Of a stretch of DNA of 64,000 nucleotides, positions 55,801-64,000 are shown piece after piece. Positions within the stretch are counted from its first letter, which is position 1; every line of letters starts with the position of its first letter. The position numbers and the translations under genes are program-made. The notes beneath the pieces are model-generated. The model was not told the origin of the DNA. It saw only the letters and a program-made list of their open reading frames with translations, and ran no database searches. The stretch is from Armatimonadota bacterium (GTDB taxonomy: Bacteria; Armatimonadota; Hebobacteria; CAIYQO01), in the NCBI GenBank assembly GCA_020060775.1, contig JAGUZN010000398.1, positions 2,467-66,466 on the forward strand, given 5' to 3'.

Positions 55801-58010
55801 ATCCGCCGTGCAGAATACGGGCTGAGATTATTGCGACCGACGTACTCTTGCCGATAATAGGGTCCCGTGATGCACAATTCATCACCGGCAGGGGCTTGCC
55901 GCCGCCAGCTCACGCGGATATCATCGTCGGTGAGTGGTCGCCTGGCCTGCCGAGCCTCCTGCACCGTTGCCGGCGGATAATCCTTGCCGAACGCCATGCG
56001 GGGCATCGCCGATGATGGAGCAGCCCAGAGCTGGGCTGCTGGCGTCCCATAGGCGATCCAGTCATGCACGCCGAAGAGGTCGGCCGTGCCCCGCCACTCG
56101 GCGCATCCAGAAGGATACGCTCCCCACATATTATCCCACTTGGCTACCCAGAGATCAGCCTTGATCTCTGCGCTGTACTCAGCCGGGTGTTCCACGCGCC
56201 AAAAGGGGGACTGTTGATAGAGCCAGTAGCGTCGTAATGCGTTCCCCTGCCCCACGTCAACGACGCAGATGTGCCTTCCCAGGAACGCGACGCGCGGCGC
56301 TCCCTCCTCTGCCGGTGCCAATTCACCTGTCGTCAGCATATTGCCGTCGGGCAAGCGCACTTCTCGCAAACCGGATGCATCAAAGATCCAACTCTGCTTG
56401 TCAGTACGTTGGATGATCAAACGTCCGACGCCGGGGATGGCAACAAAGCCGGGGACGACCTTACTGTTCCCGTCGCGCAAGGTCACCGTCTGGGCGCGCA
56501 TCGGGGGCACATTGAGCGGAAAGACGACGGTATGACGTCCAGGGACACTTTCCCATACGTCGGCGGCAATTGTGTTTCCGCCGGCCTCAACCTGAACGCC
56601 CTGCCCAGGCTTCACTGAGTAGCCATAGTCTTCCAGCTCGACCTGCACGGGCATGAGCGAGCGAGCAGATGCGCTGTTGAGCACGACCGCTTTGGCGGTG
56701 GTCAACGCCTGCAGTGCCGGACGCCTGCGCGTTTCCAGCGCGCCAAGACGGACGTCCAGACGATTACGCACAGCCAGAACCTGCTCGACGGCTGCAAGAT
56801 CAGCGGCAAATTGTTCAGCCGTCGAAGCATCATCAGCAGCCGCCGCACCGGCTCCGGCAAGTAAGAAGGTATACGATCGTTTGCCGATGCCTGCGAGTTC
56901 CCACCCGCGCACGGCTCCTGCGGTATACTCCTTCACCCCTTCACCGCGCAGTAACTTTACGGCAAGGCCGATGCCGGGATCATTTTCTGCCGCTTTAGGG
57001 TTCGTCGCTTTCGCCGGCTTCCATTGGGCCAACCAGCCGGGAGCGGTGACTGGTGTGGCGTCTTTCAATGCCGTCATTCCGAGCTGCAGTTTCCACGGTT
57101 GCTCGTCCGCCGGCATGACGGTGAGCGTTTGCAGGATGAACGGATCACCGGCACAGGCAGTGAACTCCTGAGTGACGAGAAACGGCGTCGGCTCGGGTTT
57201 GCGAGCAGGCGCGACTGCAGTCACCTTCGGCAACAGCGGGTCGAGCAGGCGCTGCGGCCAGGTGGATTGGTACCCCTGCGGGGCTGGTCGCGATGACCAG
57301 GTGAGCATGAGGCGCGACACGGCAGGGCCTTTATGTGCCCAGGCATCCTGCAATGCCAGGGTGACTTTGGGCGTGGTGACGATGAATCCGCCTAGCCCCA
57401 TGTCGGCGCGCGTAAAGAGGTGGCGGTCACCGAGCGGCAACCGGTTATTGTGACCAGTCACCAGTGCCAGTGCCATCTCGGGAGTCGACTTGGACCAGAC
57501 ATTGATGCTGGTGCCCGTGGTCTCCAGGGTCAGACGATCTGTTTCAATACCGGGAAAACGATTCCAGTTTTCAGCTTCAGCGCCGTGCATGGCGTGGCTT
57601 TTCCGCACAAAGCTGGCCGGCGCAGCACGATCGCTGTGCCAGTAGAGGTAAACGGTTTTGGTTTCGTTAGCTTTCAGGGGCACCTGGAAGTCCACAACCC
57701 AGGCCGTCGGTGATGTCCACTGGACAGCGCTAGGCAACAGAGCGCCGCCGGAGACCGGTGCCGGTCCCTCTGCCGGTTTCCTTGCCGGATCGACGACCAT
57801 GAGCGATGTCGGATTACAGGAAGGCGCTATGGCGAGCAAGGTTTCTGAGGTGAGGCATACAGGAGCATAATGGTCAACGGACATGCGATCGGCGACAATC
57901 ACGGCCAGGCGACAGTCGGGTTGCTGTGCGTTGCTGAACCAGGTATCGGCTGCGACGACATGTGCATGAAGGATAAGAGTTAATATACTGAAGAACAGAT
58001 ACTTCTGCAT
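52878..58010 (-). CDS. Giant secreted protein (1710 aa) with multiple DxDxDG calcium-loop (FG-GAP/VCBS-like) repeats and a C-terminal GATase1-like/DUF4350-like domain plus terminal beta-sandwich
   Basis: Signal peptide MQKYLFFSILTLILHAHVVAAD. Repeats DTDSDGSY, DIDGDGDWD and DFDNDGRWD. C-terminal block DLLVLPGMDAGKPFTTAEVSALHDWLMQGGTLLVAY. Confidence 0.6.
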   Translation of the reverse strand: MQKYLFFSILTLILHAHVVAADTWFSNAQQPDCRLAVIVADRMSVDHYAPVCLTSETLLAIAPSCNPTSLMVVDPARKPAEGPAPVSGGALLPSAVQWTSPTAWVVDFQVPLKANETKTVYLYWHSDRAAPASFVRKSHAMHGAEAENWNRFPGIETDRLTLETTGTSINVWSKSTPEMALALVTGHNNRLPLGDRHLFTRADMGLGGFIVTTPKVTLALQDAWAHKGPAVSRLMLTWSSRPAPQGYQSTWPQRLLDPLLPKVTAVAPARKPEPTPFLVTQEFTACAGDPFILQTLTVMPADEQPWKLQLGMTALKDATPVTAPGWLAQWKPAKATNPKAAENDPGIGLAVKLLRGEGVKEYTAGAVRGWELAGIGKRSYTFLLAGAGAAAADDASTAEQFAADLAAVEQVLAVRNRLDVRLGALETRRRPALQALTTAKAVVLNSASARSLMPVQVELEDYGYSVKPGQGVQVEAGGNTIAADVWESVPGRHTVVFPLNVPPMRAQTVTLRDGNSKVVPGFVAIPGVGRLIIQRTDKQSWIFDASGLREVRLPDGNMLTTGELAPAEEGAPRVAFLGRHICVVDVGQGNALRRYWLYQQSPFWRVEHPAEYSAEIKADLWVAKWDNMWGAYPSGCAEWRGTADLFGVHDWIAYGTPAAQLWAAPSSAMPRMAFGKDYPPATVQEARQARRPLTDDDIRVSWRRQAPAGDELCITGPYYRQEYVGRNNLSPYSARRINMWHDPMLYHQRQRGITLFAAMLDPDEGRKLVVARSELKLMMPLRPDTYVYRADLTGDGCPESFYCHDANANGPDLIADRWYIDTDSDGSYQSIFQFTPATPATRAVQCEIYLDNEGFFYDGVIDLASDEGRIAPIVLHDQTQDGIFVTGDVFYGGMNDRDRFQQRFGQQVTYQQSLAAAMEEERKAIEQYGMPHMYTALDIDGDGDWDLNWEGIWPVAYGPNINYADIGVINGPVYNPLSGAYFATAGPHYQCPAAVMTWCSRIYQDENGAWKQPHWFDNPQSDLNLDGDPAPEVHVMSPAAVMGTEHHGYLSNRMVYDMDNDNGGRPNTPFPPGNHGRSFDLHLAPKVFLTSHEGIRRCPQYPPEPGVFKDPHGNMYDTMGQYIAHDWDGKAYPALDKHGKSTERVSAWDWSLQAKWDCVAAVWSPNGDLNPEAMQIFEPNERPWLRYDQQIGSMTDWHIYRSPLTGFNHLRGAQWGWRIGMRDDVAVNQWRKDCYWALGFDFAQWIHDVDFARAVSAPHEAYFDQANTGVFDTALCDFDNDGRWDRRVWYDARAGMIALAEEAGLACIPAQVTCPSENVRLENYPQLVKLYTETLAQRYESWLDRSLTPAPTGEAQQTSPILAPRRAEPIKDFHVVLPAASLPRVALDVMHSPKTTAQLLKPGDRGQHRSPAARSWSDHMLNGYSRLFTAFGRHQVRCDSLTTPWTREALADVDLLVLPGMDAGKPFTTAEVSALHDWLMQGGTLLVAYPAQDAAACLHLNALLARYHIALSAERVHADLSNDLYVYHMGSMKSPSQDWLVDKLGCMKDVAKLWYHAGVFTEWAEPILTAHGKPLAVRTTVGEGAIYAFASEEFLNNRYTAHCDNSAHQYFLEMSGTISRQGMTPILVQPDNNRYLDQVVDHLSKRFKPDLIVSSTKNGLSVQGAGTMWIPAEQEQVRVNGKAVTSMPIEGMPAYRAIVLPQGKHTISAL

Positions 58011-58030
58011 CCGGCAACTCCTTTACCAAT

Positions 58031-59053
58031 CTAGAGACCGGCAGCCTTAACGGTGTCTGCGGCTTCGGAGAGTAGCGTGTTGGCCGTTTTCATATCGCTA
58101 GCCAGGTAGGCGAGGCGGGCACGGTCAACAAGGTCAAAACACCGCGCCCAGGCCAGCATATCCGTGGCTTTCGTTCTCGCAGCGGCGATGCGGTGCTCGA
58201 GGGTGTCCAAAGTGTGCGCCAATGGGGCTGCCGTTGAATGAACCGTAACGTTCACCCAAGGCAATATCATTGCGGCTGGATCGGTCACTCCATAGAGCTT
58301 GATGTAATCGACCTCCACCCACTCGTTACTGCCGCGCACCGCGCCACGCCCATAATGTTCGGGATCATCCACGCGCTCAGAACCATAGAAGTGCAGTTGC
58401 CAGTTGAACTGCCCATCAGCGGGATTGATACCTGCCAGCTTTGCGAGATCGAAGGTCACGATCTCGAAGTCCTCACAACGGACCGGCAACTTCACCTCAT
58501 GCGTACCGCCGTCAATCGAGTTCCGCGTGGAGCCGTATTTCAGGAGAAGCTTTACAGCGCCGATAGGGGTCGTGTTGCGCAGGCGCATTTCAAGGATGTG
58601 CGCTCCTGCCGGTCCATAGGTGTTCCCGCTATGCATGACGGAAGAGGGATTCATGTACTCGAGACGCGCAGCGCGAATGCCCTTTTCGACAATGTGGCCA
58701 CGGAATCCGGAGCCGAGGCCGAACACATCCGCTTTTTGCTGATTGTAGGTCGAGACGATGCCGACGGCACCGACCGGCAGCTCCTCGACCGCGGTAAGGG
58801 CGATGACATTGTCTCCCTTGTCCAGTGCCACTGCCCGCGAAAACTTGCCATCTTCCTCTGCCTGGAAGACGCCCTGTGGCCGTTCATTCACCGTCACTGC
58901 GATTGTGGCAAAAGGGGATGCCGTACCGGTGAGCGTGATCACCGGTACGGGAGATGTGGCATCGACAGGATTCACCGTCAGCGGCGGCGTTGCAGCAGCA
59001 GCAAGTGCTGTAACCGTCCAGGCGAACAGCGCGAGGATGATGACTGTACGCAT
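58031..59053 (-). CDS. Secreted hypothetical protein (340 aa) with an Ig-like N-terminal domain
   Basis: Signal peptide MRTVIILALFAWTVTALAAAA. 20-nt gap to the downstream giant gene. Confidence 0.5.
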   Translation of the reverse strand: MRTVIILALFAWTVTALAAAATPPLTVNPVDATSPVPVITLTGTASPFATIAVTVNERPQGVFQAEEDGKFSRAVALDKGDNVIALTAVEELPVGAVGIVSTYNQQKADVFGLGSGFRGHIVEKGIRAARLEYMNPSSVMHSGNTYGPAGAHILEMRLRNTTPIGAVKLLLKYGSTRNSIDGGTHEVKLPVRCEDFEIVTFDLAKLAGINPADGQFNWQLHFYGSERVDDPEHYGRGAVRGSNEWVEVDYIKLYGVTDPAAMILPWVNVTVHSTAAPLAHTLDTLEHRIAAARTKATDMLAWARCFDLVDRARLAYLASDMKTANTLLSEAADTVKAAGL

Positions 59054-59067
59054 GGCGAGCCTCCCTT

Positions 59068-60669
59068 TTACGGTACAACACAGCGCTCAAGTCGTCGTAC
59101 GGCTTCACGATAGTGCTCTTCAGCCTGCACGTACTGCTGCTCGGCAACGGCCTGATCGCCCTGGCGCAAACGATGCGCGGCGATGCGCAGATCACTCTCC
59201 TGTGCAAGGACATCTTTCCCACGCTCTTTCATCGAACGCGTGGCAGCAGCAAGTGTCTCGTATTGCTTTCGCAGGTTGGCTTGCTGCGTTACGACCGCTC
59301 TCACACGCATGTGATCAACGCGCACAGGGTGGCGGGAGACGCCCGTCTTTCCATTAGCGGTGAGTCGAAACTCCAGCGAGTATACACCATCAGCGCACGT
59401 GGATAAGGATAAGCGTTCGCTGCGGCAGACCGCAGTACCCGGCTTGAGATTGCCGAAGGAAACAGGCAAAGCGCTCACGGTCTTCCCCTGCGCATCAACG
59501 ATGGCCAATTCTCCACTCACCCCCTGCCGTGCAGCATCGCTACCGACCCCCACTTCGATAGCAAGGGTGTCACTCGAGGCATGCAATTCGGCGGGAGGCA
59601 ACAGGTATCCGGCGATCATGTCGGCGACGAAATGTACTTCAGGCAGCCCGTCAACCACAAAATAGGTTTCTTCGAATGCCAGGCTTTCGCCAGGAGCGGC
59701 GTACTTGGTGTGACTCAACGCCTCGGCGTTGTAGTAGGTGAAGTTGGGCAACTCGACATGTTCAATCAACTGGTCGAGATACCAGTGCCCCATGTTCTGG
59801 CTGGGCCAAAAGCCGAGGGCTGCCGTCGTCTGGGGATCGCACACGCGGATCCAGGCTTTTCGCTCGATGGGATCGGTAATCGCTGCCCACCCGGCTTTCG
59901 GGCTCACGCTATGCCAGGTTTCCTCGCCAATGATGTAGGGGTAGCGGAAGAGGGAACCATCTGCCTTGAGGCCGAAAAAGAGGTCCGTCTCATCTGTTGT
60001 CTTCCCAACCTCAACTGTCGGGTGATTGAATATCCGCAACGTTTTCGGGTATTGCCCCACATTCGTCTGCTTGACATGAATGGTAAGACTGGTGGAGCCA
60101 GGGCGGATGGTGCAGCGACGTACGAGATTCACGTTGCCGCATGTCACCGTGCCGATGATGGATTGCGCCGCTGTGCTCTTCTCAACCGTGCAGTCATACC
60201 GCTGAAGGTAGAATGGTTCGCCCCAGAACGACTTGTAGCCGAGATCGCAGAAGCCGCCCCAGTCGACCCAGACGGTACTGCGCAAGTTCAGGTTCTCTTT
60301 GACAAACTTGAAGTAGTTGTCGCCGGTACTGTTCAGGCGGTAAATGAGAATGCTGCCCCCGATATCGGGCGCAAGCCCGACCTCCACTTGATCGTTCTTG
60401 ATGAAAAGTAACGGTGTGTCTTTCACCACCCACTGCGCGGCGCGTACCTTGGGATGCGCATATGGCGCAACATTGGTGAGTTCTACGGGCACTTCCATGG
60501 TGGCGATATCCGGGCGGCGTTTCGCATCGTAGGGTTGGTCCCCCACGTAGACCGGTCCATCGTTCGCCTGGATATCGTAGGTCTTCGGTGCGGCAACTGC
60601 TGGAAGGCAGATGGAAATAGCGCATCCCGCGATCACCAGAAGACATGAAACTATGCGAAATATACTCAT
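59068..60669 (-). CDS. Secreted hypothetical protein (533 aa)
   Basis: Signal peptide/lipobox-like MSIFRIVSCLLVIAGCAIS. Helical TPR-like C-terminus. 14-nt gap to the next gene. Confidence 0.5.
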   Translation of the reverse strand: MSIFRIVSCLLVIAGCAISICLPAVAAPKTYDIQANDGPVYVGDQPYDAKRRPDIATMEVPVELTNVAPYAHPKVRAAQWVVKDTPLLFIKNDQVEVGLAPDIGGSILIYRLNSTGDNYFKFVKENLNLRSTVWVDWGGFCDLGYKSFWGEPFYLQRYDCTVEKSTAAQSIIGTVTCGNVNLVRRCTIRPGSTSLTIHVKQTNVGQYPKTLRIFNHPTVEVGKTTDETDLFFGLKADGSLFRYPYIIGEETWHSVSPKAGWAAITDPIERKAWIRVCDPQTTAALGFWPSQNMGHWYLDQLIEHVELPNFTYYNAEALSHTKYAAPGESLAFEETYFVVDGLPEVHFVADMIAGYLLPPAELHASSDTLAIEVGVGSDAARQGVSGELAIVDAQGKTVSALPVSFGNLKPGTAVCRSERLSLSTCADGVYSLEFRLTANGKTGVSRHPVRVDHMRVRAVVTQQANLRKQYETLAAATRSMKERGKDVLAQESDLRIAAHRLRQGDQAVAEQQYVQAEEHYREAVRRLERCVVP

Positions 60670-60680
60670 GTGACACTCCT

Positions 60681-63600
60681 TTACCAGGCGATTTCCAGGC
60701 GGTGGCTCCCGCCAGGCAAGCTGAGCACACCTGGCGCGTTAAGGGCAACTGGACGGCCATTTACTTTGACGTGCATGCCGTGAATGGCCGGCAGGCGGAC
60801 TGTGCCGCCACGCCCGGAGAGTTCAATGGTACAGGCGCTGCGGCCGGCAACGACGGCGTGTACCTTCGGCACTCCCGTGTTGGCGATCAGGCGGTCGGCC
60901 AGTCGCTGCAGCATCAGGCGGTTTTCGGTGTATGAACCATCGTTGAACGTCGGGAAGCAGAGGTACTTATTGATCCCAAAGCTGGCAGCACAGACGATGA
61001 TTTCGCCCTTGCCCACTTGCTGAAAACCAATGATCGGCTGCGTATCATAGGCCAGCCAGGCTTTCGCATCACGATCGAGGGATAGTGTTGCGCCGACGAA
61101 GCTGAGGTACTTGACATCCTGCAGCACGGCAGGGTCGTCGCTGGAGAAGTGCGTAACGCGATTCCAGGCGGCGGGGTAGCGCATGTCGCGGATGGTATTC
61201 TCGCCGTAATGCGGCTGACGCCAGCGCTCGGTCCGTTTCTCCAATACCGTATCGGTGAAGCGTATGCCGTAGCGACCGATGAGGTCGTTCAGCAGTAATC
61301 GTTCATCGTCGCCTTCCGTGGGGTTCAGCACCAGCAGGCGGCCGCCATTATGCAGCCACGCATCGAGCACGGCCGCTTCATGCTGGGTGAGCATGCGATC
61401 GAAACGAGCGATCACCAATGCTTGCAGCGGGGCGAGTGACTCATGGGTGAACGGCTTGTCGAGCGTCACCAGTGTGCATCGTCGTTGCGAGAACTCCCCG
61501 CCGAGACGGAGCAATCCACTCGGTCCAAAGTCCGTCCAATCGTATTTGCCGGCCTCGCCGTGGTAGGTATCCACGCCGACTTTGGGCAACCACTCCGGGG
61601 ATAACGTCACATAACAGGCTGGAGCTTCACCTTCGTAAGTCGGCTGTCCCGCGCTGTTCACTTGGACTGCTGACACCATGGGATCGTGCTTGTATCCCTT
61701 GCGATACATTTCCGAAATCGCTTTATAGTTCTCCAGTAGGAACGATTGGTCGGTGAAAGAGATTGTTTGCGACCAGGCGGTGAGACCATCGGCATGCACC
61801 AGTTCGAGCAATCCCTTCTGGACATCACAGGCGAGCACCCGGTCGATCAGGCCATCATTGCTCTCGTCGTACAGATAAGTATCGAAGTAGTCGTCCGCAT
61901 CGGTGTCCCAGGCGCACAGGAAGAGCCCGCCCCACAGGCGCAAGCGATACGGGTCGGCATACAGGTCGCCATTGAGTAAGTTGGCGCAATTGTATGGCGC
62001 CAGGAGGTTGTCACGGAAGTTATTGCTCTGCGCCCAATCGATGGTGGTGCCCGCCCAGGAGGCCGGGGCATTGACATGGCTGAACGCCGCGCCCTTGAAA
62101 TGGTGCGCCCCCATCAGTGGCGAGTAGTAGATGGTAATCGGCTCGCCATGCGCCTTGGGTTTGAGGCGCGGCTCCCAGCGGCGGGAGAGGCCAAAGCTCA
62201 ACGCCCACGGCTCCATGCCTTCGTCCGCCGGCTCACCCAGCACATCTTCGGCCTCGAAGATGCCGAGCAGCTTGGGATACCAGTGGACTGCAATACCCTT
62301 CCATGGGGCATGGGAATGCATCTCCCAGGTCTGATGCTTGGGCAAGTAGCGCCAGGTGATCTTCTTGCCATCCCAATCGGGCGGCACTTCCCAGTTGCGC
62401 AGCTTGATCTCGTGCCCCCACTTATCCTTGAGCGTGAACATGTTGCAGAAGCGGAAGCAATCGCCGTTGTCGTTGTAGTCCTGAATTTCACGGCCGGTCT
62501 GGAACTGGATATCCCAGCTATAGTGGCCGTTTAATTCCACATCGCTTTTCTTATCGAGGTTGGCCATGACGAAGCGATTCCAGCGCAGCCCGACCAGATC
62601 ACGATAGTTCCCCCAGTTCTCGCCGGTCATACGCACTTTCGCTTCGGGCGCACGGGTCGTTTCTTCGAAGTTAAAGCTCAACTGGCTTTCGCCCTCTTCG
62701 CCCCAATGCCCCCGGTAGGCGCGCGTATCGCCGGTGGAGCCCCAGGAGACGCCGGTGCCGCGCTGTTGGATATACCACTCGGGCCCGCGGCCAGCCATGA
62801 CGGCCTTCCAGGGATTAAACATCAGCGAGTGACCGATAGGACGGTCCTCCAGATCGAAATAGATATAATGCCCCATGGCGTTGATATCGCTGTCGCCATC
62901 GCCGTCCAGATCATAGGCCGAGGTTCGGGTGTGCCACTCCCGCTTGAGGAAGGGATCGATGAAGATATCGCTTGGCGCAGGTTCCAGATGGCCCATGAAG
63001 AAGCGATCTTGCTGCAGGAAGCCACCGGTGAATAACGGACCATCGAAGTATCGTCCGTCGCGGTTCCAGTCCTCCAACAGCAGGCGGGGTTCACGGAGAT
63101 CCTCGTCGCGAAGCACGCCCTTGTTATTGCCGGGCAGATACGCCAGCACATGATGCGGCTGGCACTGCAGGCGACAGGTGCGCGTGCCATCCTGATAGAA
63201 AGTGAAGTGGTCGGAGCGCAGGTCGATGCCGTTGTCGTTGGCATCTTCGGCCTCAATGCGATACGTTTTGCCATCGTACCCCTGCACCTCGGCAGTGTTG
63301 TCCTGGAAGGCCAGGAGCGGCATCGAAGTCCGATAGTGCTGTTCAGCTTCGTCAACCGAGCGGATGGGCGCGAGATCCAGGACGACTTCACCGGTGGAGG
63401 GAAGCGGACTGGTGACGGTCGCCCTGGTAAAATCCAGCGTATCCGCTGCATCCCACGCCGCATTTTTCACCCAGAGTCCAAGTTGGCGCTGATTATCGAC
63501 GTACGCGAACCACTCGCGCGGGGCGGTCAGCTTGCGCACGGTATCGTACATGCCGCGAAAGATCCAGCGGCCATCACCGGTAATCTGACAGGCGCGCAAA

Positions 63601-63977
63601 CCGGTGGCGTGACTGCTGACATAGATTTCCGAGTTGGGCGTGGGGCGCTGTAACACAACGGCTTTTTTTGAGTAGACGCGCATGCGTCCATCACGCCATA
63701 CCAGGTAAAATGCTGACGGCGAAGCCACCACGGTGCAGACAGCGCTCTGCTGTTCAACGCGATACGCCTCCGCTTTGCCGGCGATATTCACCGGTAGTGT
63801 TTCCCCGCGCAACTGGTAAGCGATGCCATTTTGGCCAAACGTAAGCGTACCATCCTCAATGCTGACAGAGATTAGACCACCACTCTCGCTGACCACCATC
63901 GGCGATACAGCAGCAGCGGGGATAGTACCCCTCCTGTTCGCGTAAGGGCGAGGCTTTCTGGGATTCGGTATCCGCAT
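60681..63977 (-). CDS. Giant protein (at least 1098 aa) paralogous at its C-terminus to the 1710-aa protein; DxDxDG repeats; reading frame still open at the window edge (N-terminus possibly outside the window)
   Basis: C-terminal block ALVIARFDRMLTQHEAAVLDAWLHNGGRLLVLN aligns with the 1710-aa protein. DLDGDGDSD loop. No in-frame stop between 63977 and 64000. Confidence 0.55.
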   Translation of the reverse strand: MRIPNPRKPRPYANRRGTIPAAAVSPMVVSESGGLISVSIEDGTLTFGQNGIAYQLRGETLPVNIAGKAEAYRVEQQSAVCTVVASPSAFYLVWRDGRMRVYSKKAVVLQRPTPNSEIYVSSHATGLRACQITGDGRWIFRGMYDTVRKLTAPREWFAYVDNQRQLGLWVKNAAWDAADTLDFTRATVTSPLPSTGEVVLDLAPIRSVDEAEQHYRTSMPLLAFQDNTAEVQGYDGKTYRIEAEDANDNGIDLRSDHFTFYQDGTRTCRLQCQPHHVLAYLPGNNKGVLRDEDLREPRLLLEDWNRDGRYFDGPLFTGGFLQQDRFFMGHLEPAPSDIFIDPFLKREWHTRTSAYDLDGDGDSDINAMGHYIYFDLEDRPIGHSLMFNPWKAVMAGRGPEWYIQQRGTGVSWGSTGDTRAYRGHWGEEGESQLSFNFEETTRAPEAKVRMTGENWGNYRDLVGLRWNRFVMANLDKKSDVELNGHYSWDIQFQTGREIQDYNDNGDCFRFCNMFTLKDKWGHEIKLRNWEVPPDWDGKKITWRYLPKHQTWEMHSHAPWKGIAVHWYPKLLGIFEAEDVLGEPADEGMEPWALSFGLSRRWEPRLKPKAHGEPITIYYSPLMGAHHFKGAAFSHVNAPASWAGTTIDWAQSNNFRDNLLAPYNCANLLNGDLYADPYRLRLWGGLFLCAWDTDADDYFDTYLYDESNDGLIDRVLACDVQKGLLELVHADGLTAWSQTISFTDQSFLLENYKAISEMYRKGYKHDPMVSAVQVNSAGQPTYEGEAPACYVTLSPEWLPKVGVDTYHGEAGKYDWTDFGPSGLLRLGGEFSQRRCTLVTLDKPFTHESLAPLQALVIARFDRMLTQHEAAVLDAWLHNGGRLLVLNPTEGDDERLLLNDLIGRYGIRFTDTVLEKRTERWRQPHYGENTIRDMRYPAAWNRVTHFSSDDPAVLQDVKYLSFVGATLSLDRDAKAWLAYDTQPIIGFQQVGKGEIIVCAASFGINKYLCFPTFNDGSYTENRLMLQRLADRLIANTGVPKVHAVVAGRSACTIELSGRGGTVRLPAIHGMHVKVNGRPVALNAPGVLSLPGGSHRLEIAW

Positions 63978-64000
63978 CTCGGCTGTTGCTGGTACAATGG

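Noticed and set aside
54597-56015. 472-aa + strand ORF
   Set aside because: Antisense inside the 1710-aa gene. Shadow ORF.
58238-60411. 291-aa and 276-aa + strand ORFs
   Set aside because: Antisense to the 340-aa and 533-aa secreted-protein genes, which have signal peptides and tight operon spacing.
1-64000. CRISPR arrays, rRNA genes, IS elements or transposases
   Set aside because: No regularly spaced direct repeats of CRISPR type, no rRNA-like conserved stretches and no transposase- or integrase-like ORFs were found. The only short repeats are the three 12-13-mers at 5596-5693.

Overview
High-GC (about 60%) bacterial chromosome segment; the gene content (rnj, gatB, SteA-like, DUF503-rbfA-nrnA, many secreted glycan-active enzymes) fits a Chloroflexi-like heterotroph, but the taxon is not provable from sequence alone. 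The window has three parts. (1) Positions 1-5.7 kb are a compositionally mosaic, lower-GC (about 48-50%) island of orphan genes, all on the + strand. It contains a 682-aa phage-structural-like protein, a duplicated CxxC/HTH regulator and an excisionase-family HTH protein. It ends at a 3' fragment of tRNA-Met(CAU), preceded by three copies of a 12-13 nt repeat and followed by an intrinsic terminator. This looks like the attR end of an integrated element. (2) Positions 5.8-16.7 kb are housekeeping genes: RNase J, GatB, GcvH, a NUDIX protein, a SteA-like protein, a Cof-type HAD hydrolase, DUF503-RbfA-NrnA, a URO-D-family protein and the CCA-adding enzyme. (3) Positions 16.7-64 kb are a very large deoxyhexose (rhamnose/fucose)-glycan utilisation supercluster. 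It includes a GH130 phosphorylase, an (alpha/alpha)6 GH-like protein, an S33 hydrolase-C45 Ntn-hydrolase-tungsten AOR operon, a 1383-aa secreted LamG-like protein, a FucI-like isomerase, a DeoR regulator, a class-III aminotransferase, an FGGY kinase, two Gfo/Idh/MocA enzymes, an alpha/beta hydrolase with DUF4082, a creatininase-family protein, a GH95-like protein, a GT4, a YkgJ protein, RhaA, a sugar-phosphate isomerase/epimerase and a GH78 rhamnosidase. The most notable part is a co-directional five-gene cassette (48.4-64 kb) of giant and medium, mostly signal-peptide-bearing, proteins of 1475, 1710, 340, 533 and 1098 aa. The 1710-aa and 1098-aa proteins share DxDxDG calcium-loop repeats and a homologous C-terminal module. 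No CRISPR array, rRNA, integrase or transposase was seen. Hand-derived coordinates of non-CDS features may be off by 1-2 nt.
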